DNA from: Psammoneis japonica
Lineage: Eukaryota
Reading direction: 5' to 3'
DNA: 64,000 nt
Assembly (NCBI GenBank): GCA_008632985.1
Contig: QPGO01000029.1
Span: forward strand, 198,874 to 262,873
Both the position numbers and the translations under genes were made by a program. Below the pieces are notes generated by a model, which had not been told where the DNA came from, did not search any database, and was given only the letters and a program-made list of their open reading frames with translations. This document shows positions 56,919 through 64,000 of the stretch, one piece after another. Position 1 is the first letter of the stretch; the number at the start of each line of letters is the position of its first letter.

Positions 56919-57285
56919 TGCACTGTGCTCGAAGAACGAGTGTAAACGAAAGTAGAACAGTGTGCGAAAAGTGGAAATTATAAGATCAAATTTTGCTCTG
57001 TGATTTTTGGTTTCTCCGAACGAGTTCTCAATGGCCTAAAGCTTCTGTGCTGCTTCTACAGACAAAAGGCCTTTCGGAGAATATATTCGTGACAACAGAT
57101 TGTCCGGATACGATTGCCATTGACACGTGAGATGTCAACATCGTCAATCGATCGTATTTGCAATTCTCGACATCCGATCAACTCTGTGTGATCGTTCTGT
57201 CCTTTGTGCGCATCCACGACTGTGGTGCGATTGACATGTGAACAATGTACAATCACAAATGTGTGCACAACAGTCGCATGCTGCA
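56919..57285 (-). repeat. Gypsy 5' LTR
   Basis: Ungapped match to 52562-52928. Confidence 0.93.
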
Positions 57286-59079
57286 CTCTGCTGAGAACTG
57301 CTTGCAACCAGACAAGAATTTGGGTGTCTTTTGGTGATTCAGATTTGGGTGGAACCGTGCCGTGTCGGCGAAGCCCCGATCAGAAAGCATGCTGTGCCCC
57401 TTTGGACACTTTTTCAGTCGTGGTGCCCACAGCTCGACCAGAGCTTTCTCTGACACTCGTGCAAGGAATGGATCAGTGTGCTCAAAGGAAAGTCCCGCTG
57501 GTGTAGACCAAGAGATGCAACGGACGGCACTGGCAGGTGCTTTCTCTGAGCGACATGCTCGTGTAAAAAGGGTGCTCTTCCGGGGCGCGCACATTTTGAA
57601 GTCTTTTCCGTCAGGCACGGCGCCAGTGTTTTGCATGTTCTCATCCTCGCAAGCTTGAGGGCAAGTTGCATCAAGGAATTCAGCACTTGTGTCTAAAATT
57701 GAAAGATCCTTGCTGGCCTCTCCCCACTTCTTGATCCAACAATTGACATGCCGACCGACGGTTGTCCTGTCGAATTTTCCCCACATGTGGGCCAAGGACA
57801 TTGTGCTGTGCGGTCCATGAATGTGAAGCTTGGCAAGAAGACAGCCCTCAAATTTTGTTGTTCCATCTTTTCCATTTGGAGGAGCAGCTGGTGGCTTAAG
57901 ACCAAACAGGCCGTGGACGTAGAGCACACAGTCCTTCCAAGTTTTAAATCCGAGATGATGGCGCGCTGCGTCTGGATTTGCAGCATGCCATTTCTTGCTG
58001 GTGAGTGATCGACGAGAAAGACCAAGGTCGCAAAGAGCCAGCTTTTCATTTGCTTGTTGCATGAGGAGCTGCACTTCTCTCATCTTTTGTTTGATTGCTT
58101 TTTCTTGGTGCTTTCGTTTGTCAATGTGTTCCTTTTCCCTTCTCGTGCACTCAGCTTTTACGTCTTCTGTCTTCTTCTGCAGCTCACTCTCCTTGGCCTC
58201 CAGTTGTTGCTTGAGTGCCTCAAGAGTGTCTTGCTTTGCGGCAAGTTGGTTGGTGGCGGAGTTCACAGCTGCCCCCTTTCGAGTGATGGCGGGGGCATGG
58301 AACTGTGTTGCCGATTCGATGGCAACTTTCTGCTCCAATTCATCTGCCGAGCATTTAAACTGTGTGGCTGGGTGGTTTGGAAGTGGAAAGCATGTTCCGT
58401 CATTTCGAGGCAGCTTGTCGGCCTCGGCACAAGCCAGGCCAATGTTGTTGAGCTTGAAACCGACAGACCTTGGAATTGATTCTGGTGCTAGCTTCCTCTT
58501 TCCGTCGGCTGACACTTTGAATGGATTGTGTGCATCCTCTGGAAAATGAAGAGATGCAAACACATGCTTTGTGTTGGATGAACAGGATGGATCCTTGACC
58601 CTCTCCTTTGCTTTTGGACCAAGTTGCTGAAGAAACCTGGCTCGTCTAGCTGCCTTTGTGTCACGGCCGAGCTTCACAGCCTTGGGAACATGGCCAGTCT
58701 TGAGTTCCTCTTTTGGTTCTGCTGGAAGTGTGAAGCAATTGTGGCGTTCAGGACAAACTGTCAGCAGTCTCGCCATTTGAGTGTCACAGTCTGGGTTGCC
58801 ACAAACACATTTCGTTTGAGATTTTGCGTGTCGCTTTGGTGTGGTCCACGTTTTGTGTTTCGCCGATGACTTTCGCACAGGCGACTTTGCATCGCTGAGG
58901 GTGGCGTCTGGTTCAATCTCCGTCACGGCGCGCTTGGATTGAGAGCGCGTTGTCGCGGGCATGGTGACAAAGCTTCACAGATGCAGCAGCAACCAATTGT
59001 GGCTTTGAACGACCAGATGCTGGACTGCACACATTGACAGAGAGTTGTGTCAGGCATGCTGCCAGTTGGAAAGCGAGCG

Positions 59080-59306
59080 TTGCATTAATCGCACTGCCAC
59101 GAACGCAAGTGTTGCATCATTCGCACTGCCACGAACGCAAGCGTTGCATCATGCACACTGCCAGGAATGCGAGCGTTGCATCAGGGCCACTGCAAGAAAC
59201 TCGAGCGTTGCAATGGACTTTCAGGAGGTGTCCTTGCTGTGCATCCACTGCCAGAAACTCGAGCATTGCAATGGACTTTTAGGAGGTGTCCTTGCTGTGC
59301 ATCATC
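59080..59306. repeat. Tandem repeats (about 32-bp units, then two of about 58 bp) between the divergent transposon genes
   Basis: Recurrent cactgcca.gaacgcaag.gttgcatca and gcaatggacttt.aggaggtgtccttgctgtgcatc. Confidence 0.85.
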
Positions 59307-59405
59307 CATTGAGAAAATCATTGGATGGCACTTGTCGCCAAAAAGATTCGGTGCTCTCTTTCCGCGATCTTGCGTTCTCACTCATGCATCACACCGCACC
59401 ACACG

Positions 59406-61919
59406 ATGGGAGCAAACAAGCTTTCAGCTCTTCTGCGGTCGGCTCATGATGCCAGCGACAAATTTGCAGACAATGCCACCATCAAAGGAAAGGTGTTCGG
59501 ATTCGATCTAAGCGTCCTTCTCCATCAAGCCATCAATGGCATCGAAGGAGCAAGCGACTTTCACATGCAGCCGCCAATGCCTGTCAGACAGGTTGACGTG
59601 TTGTGCCGAAAACTCATTCGACTTGCGCGAGAGGCAGAGGTGACGTTGAAAGTGGCAGCAGACGGAGCGCATCATCCCGGAAAAGCTGGCGAAAATGAAA
59701 GCCGTCGAGCTGAGCGACAAGATGCATTGGAGAAGTTACTCGACTGCTTCGCTCTTCCAAACCCAGAACAGCACCACGCAGAAGTCGAGAAAGTGATGAA
59801 AAAGGCGGCTTTTGTTGGAGAAGATGCGATTGCTCAAGCTGTCAAAATGTTCCAGGAGGAAGGCATCGACGTGTTTGGTGCCCCGTTCGAAGCCGATTTT
59901 CAACTGGTGTTTTGGGAGTTAAAGGGCGTGACAAATGGCGCCATCAGCATCGACTCTGACATGTTTGCCATGGGGTCAATGCTGTTTGTTGACTTGCTCA
60001 AGCTTCGAACACAGGATGGAAAATGCAAAGCACTTGTCCGAGATGATGCAATGAAGACGGATCGATTTGCCGAAGGGAGCAGCGGGTGGTCACATGACGA
60101 CTTCCTCACATGTTGCATTCTCAACGGATGCGACTTTATCCCGAAGCTGTGCAATCTTCAGAAGAAAGAGATGCGATCATTCATGAGCAAGTGGGTTGCA
60201 GCTGATGCAACAACAAAGGACAGCATGTTGATGGACCTTGGCAATGAGCGCCACTGGCCGCCAGGAAAGAAAAAAGGTGGAAAGCTGGCGACGGACTGCC
60301 TGGCATGATTCAAGACAAGCATGGCACTTTTCATGCACTCGCCCGTCATTGACATTAAAGAAGACGGCGCCCATGTTCTTGTGCCAATGCGACCTCTCCC
60401 AAATGACGAGGCATCATGGAATTCACTCCTTGGACACAATCCATTGCACTGGTTCTCTTTGAACAAAATTCCTTTCAAAGATGCATGCGAGCTCAATGTG
60501 TGGGCTCGCACTGGGAAGCCACTTGAAAGTCTTCCTCTCCCACGAGACCCCGACGACCCAGAGAGGGAGATCCCATTTGGATCCATTGTCGACTTTGATG
60601 TCATGCCTCTCCATCACTGCCGGCATTCCTCTCTCTTGTTGTGGCTGTGCTGTCATGGCATCCCGCATCCAAAGGGTGCCAGCATTGCTGAGCTCGTAAA
60701 ACAAGTGCAACTCGCCGTAGAGGTTGGACGACCACTGGACTGTGACCGAATCGCAGTGGAGCCTGCCAACGCGGCACAGTCATGCACATCATGGGAAAAG
60801 CTGTTTGTTGAGACAGAGCTTGTCTGGAATGATTCTCTTCAGGATGCCCTTCAATTTATGCGCAGTTCTTCGATCCCAGAGGTCAACATGGAACACATCA
60901 ATGACACATTTGGAAACGGAAAGAATGGCACAAGAGAGTGTGCGTGGATGAGATGCACCAGCGGACACCTTGACATTTCTGCGCTCCGGACTGCAATCAC
61001 ACAGCTGCAAAACATAAAAGGCAAGGTGAATGTGGTTGATTTCAAAGTCACTCCGAGCATGAAGAGCGAGACATGCGGAGTTTACCTTGCGTTCGCCGAG
61101 AACGGCACATTTCTACACGACGCCTCAAAGTGCAACTGCCCCAATGGATGGTTGTTCTGCAGCCACATGCTGGCAGCATTTCTTCTTTTATTTTTGATTC
61201 AACTGATGTCGGAATGGACTCCTGAGGATCTGTCGCACTTTCTGCCAGAGCCAATCAAATCATTGCAATCTGCACCACTTTCTGCAGAATTCGTGTTCGT
61301 CGAGATGAAAGCCAAGGATAAAAACGAGAGCAACAACAAGAGCAAGAATTCAGAAAGTAAAGAAACAGATGAGGAGCGAGAAGAAAAGAAAAGGGCCGCT
61401 TGCACAAAGCGAGTGGGGAAAGTGCTCGCGAAAGAAGTGAAGAACTACACCCGAGAGACGAATGAACGAGACACGGATGAACGGGACGAGCGCCTTGCGA
61501 CAGAGGACGATGTGAAGAAGGGAAAGAAGGATGGTGACATTGAGAGCATTGACCCATGTGCAAGGCTCCGCAAACACTTGGGAGACAGCAATGCTGCAGC
61601 CAGCATTGCCGCCGGGAAAACTCCGAAGGGGAAGGTGTCAGGGAGCGCCGTCCAGGAGCACAACAAGAAACTCGTCTATGGAGAAGAAAGCGTTGAACGG
61701 AAAATTGAAAAGATCAGATGACACAATCGACTTCATAACATGATGAAGGACAAACACATTTCAAACGACAACTCAATCTTTCATCACTTTGAGCACTTCG
61801 AGAAGCAGCATCAAGAGGATGCAGCGCGGCCAAAACAACAACTTGGAGGTGATGACATGTCTCTGCCCGAAGAATGCGACAAAGAGTTCATGGACGAATG
61901 TTTTAAGGAGGGTGGTGGT
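59406..61919 (+). pseudogene. XPG/FEN1/EXO1-family 5' nuclease fused to a SWIM-type zinc finger; two in-frame TGA stops; truncated by the Copia insertion
   Basis: MGANKL, FGFDLSVLLH, ADG..HPGK..EN..RR, APFEADFQL, SIDSDM, ILNGCDF, CNCPNGWLFCSH. The three ORF pieces are in one frame. Confidence 0.82.
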
Positions 61920-62258
61920 TGTTAGATTCACAGTCTTTAACACACAGACACTTGCATGTGTGGGGGTGCTTTGTTGCAGCGGATGAAGCTCATGGTTCGT
62001 TGCTGCGTTTTGATGCTTGTGTTGGTCGAGACACAGTCCTGCAGCTGAGCAGGATGGACAAGACCTCGGAGGTTGGCAGCAATGTGAATGGCGACAGAGG
62101 CAAACAGACGCTTGTTGAAAGTCGTTGTCTAGAAAATTATGATGAATGTCGTTGCTTCTGTTTGAATCGATTTTGTGATGAGCTAATTGTTTCGAAGAGA
62201 AAATCTGAGTCTGGGTTGCAGTCGTGAGATGCAACCAGAATGACGTTGAGTCGTGACT
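61920..62258 (-). repeat. Probable 3' LTR of the Copia element
   Basis: Follows the purine tract GAGAGGGAG on the minus strand and ends ...CTAACA exactly where the nuclease ORF breaks. Partner LTR is outside the window. Confidence 0.7.
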
Positions 62259-64000
62259 CTCCCTCTCAACCGAGAGAGCTTGCCAGCCCACAAGAGCCTT
62301 TCTAGCCGTGCGGAACGCATCGGTCCGTAGTCCCTTCGTGAACTGATCGGCTAGTTGCTCTAGAGTGCTGACAGGTTGGATGTCGATCTCCAATTGTTCG
62401 ACTTTAGTCCTAAACCAGTGGCAAGGGATGCCGATGTGTTTGGTTCGCGGAGACAACTTGGGCATGTGTGCGAACTTGAGGCACGCGGAGTTATCTTCGT
62501 ACACAACGGACGCAGGTGGGACATTCTGCTCTACAGGCGAGTCATCGGTGCCTTGGGTTGCGAGCTCAAAAGCCTTGGAGTGAGTCGTGACAGGGTTTTG
62601 GCGGTCAGACTTTCCGAATGCGTGGTGGTTGAGCTCCTTGAGAACTTCACGAATGGGGATGAGATCGCGCACAGCTTGAGAAAGTGCGACACACTCCGCT
62701 TCCACAGTCGACAATGCTGCAAGAGTCTGCAGCTTGGACACCCAGATGAGCGGGCAGCCGGCGCAGTAGACAAGGTGTCCAGTCCTGGACTTGACAGAAA
62801 CTGGGTCTTGACCATCTTCCACACCAAATGACCCCGCGAAGTCAGAATCGACGCAACAATCAACTCGATGATCTTGCACAGGCTTGAGAATGAGACCTTC
62901 AGCAGCAGTTGCTTTGAGGCATCGGAGCATCCACTTCACTGCAGCAGCGTGGGACGCTCGGGGCGCAAACGAGAATCGAGCCACTTGATGTGTGGCATGT
63001 GCAATGTCTGGCCGGCTGTTCGCTGCCAAGTGCATCAACATTCCAACAACTGAGCGACAATCGCAGGGTTCATCAAAAGGCAGGCCGTCCGTGTCGGCAC
63101 CAACAGCCGCAGGCAGAGCTGGAGCAGATGCTCCATTGCAATCCTGCATCTGTGCGGTGCGCAGGACCTTGTCAATTAGACCGGGTTGAGTGAGTGGAAA
63201 TCGACCCTCGGAGAGCTTTTCGATCTTGACACCGAGAAAGTCACCGACTTCTCCTTCGTCTCTAAGTTCAAACACGTGGCGATGTTCGTCATCGGAGACT
63301 CCTAACTTGCGAATTTCGGCTTCTAGAGCTTCAGCTGAAGCTCCAGCAAAAACGGTGTCGTCGACGTGCACCACACACATCATGCCCTCTTTGAAATACA
63401 AACAGGGATCTGTGGCTGAAGGCACCCATCCGCGCTCGGTTAAACCAGCTCGTAACTTCTCGTAGAAGCCCTTGGGAGACTGTTTTAGGCCGCACAGTCC
63501 TTTCAAAAGTTTGAGAACCACACTGAGTCCCGACCTTGGCGCAAATCCCTTCGGCGGTGTTGTGCAAACTTCCTCGGCGACATCAGCTTGGCAAAAGGCT
63601 GTGGCACAGTCCACCTGTCGTGTGGTCCATCCCTCCTTTAATGCCGCAGTGAGCATGAGTCGGACACTGGACCATTGCACAACCGGCGCGCAGGTTTCGA
63701 AGTGGTCGACTCCTTCTTTCTGCAAATCACCGCGGACGCAGTGTCGGGCCTCATGCTTGAGAGGGGTTCCATCTGGGAGTCTCTTGAGCTTCAGCGCCCA
63801 TGTGCCTGGAAGTGCATTCATGTGCGGCTGACGCTCGACTGCTTTCCAGGCTCGACAATGTGTGAGTGCGTTGACTTCAATTTTCATCGCCTCAATCCAT
63901 TCGTCAGCATCCGGACCTTTCAGAGCATTGTGTGACGAAGGCATGTCAGGGTCCTTGGTTTTCTTGCTAGCTGCGCAGGCTCGTGGATCGCCGACATTGA
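61920..64000 (-). mobile_element. Ty1/Copia (CoDi-like) retrotransposon, RT and RNase H region, mutated, running off the window
   Basis: VRGDLQKEGVD, GLKQSP, DPCLY, HVDD (for YVDD), SRPDIA, DSDFAG, SRTG, STVEAE, EDNSAC, RTKHI, ADQFTK. Confidence 0.95.

Larger units (their letters stand above)
52562..57285 (-). mobile_element. Degenerate, probably internally deleted Ty3/Gypsy LTR retrotransposon
   Basis: Two 367-bp LTRs, TG..CA ends, 4-bp TSD CTCT (52558-52561 and 57286-57289), purine tract next to the left LTR on the minus strand, RT remnant PWGENECCGLPMRICGAPDIF and integrase-like APGQLV. Confidence 0.9.
52267..58962 (-). pseudogene. ISL2EU/Harbinger-superfamily transposase (THAP-like N-terminus, HTH, DDE), split by the Gypsy insertion
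   Basis: CVCGNPDC..CFTLP..SLHF, PDGKDF, LSDRGF. After removing 52562-57289 the frame reads KQFSAEEVSVDRSICKLRCTCEVAFSRV. Confidence 0.8.

Noticed and set aside
52562..57285. Classical fungal RIP as the cause of LTR divergence
   Set aside because: RIP creates TpA from CpA/TpG, whereas here TpA is depleted and protein motifs show TA as the ancestral state.
59080..59306. CRISPR-like array
   Set aside because: Units are directly tandem with no unique spacers, there are no cas genes, and the context is eukaryotic.
61773..63944. Alternative genetic code or RNA editing restoring Tyr
   Set aside because: Host genes use Tyr codons normally, and the same changes occur in non-coding LTRs with both TG and CA outcomes.

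Overview
Eukaryotic nuclear DNA, most likely from a pennate diatom: compact genes, short GT-AG introns, bipartite signal+transit plastid presequences, and diatom-type Copia and Harbinger elements. Two gene-rich blocks (1-20.2 kb and 34-47 kb) carry HisRS, two GPIs, a cyclin T/K, VPS8, argininosuccinate lyase, OsmC, bS6m, an HMG-box protein, an ABCB, SPCS1, BRX1 and plastid proteins. Many of these genes have single-base frameshifts that look like assembly errors. Two transposon-rich blocks lie at about 20.3-33.9 kb and 51.9-64 kb. The main result is that these TE blocks show a sharply bounded hypermutation of TpA to TpG/CpA (A:T>G:C), the opposite polarity to fungal RIP. It turns conserved Tyr codons into Cys/His, and also appears to have altered a stop codon and two splice donors. 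In the two LTRs of one Gypsy element, all 34 differences (hand count) are transitions and 29 fall at TA/TG/CA sites. Other notable items are an unmutated MULE that splits a Tat-type histidine phosphatase gene (10-bp TSD), an ISL2EU/Harbinger-like element paired with an XPG/EXO1-type nuclease-SWIM ORF, and an ABCB with permuted TMD-NBD-NBD-TMD order. All family assignments are from motif recognition by eye; no searches were run.
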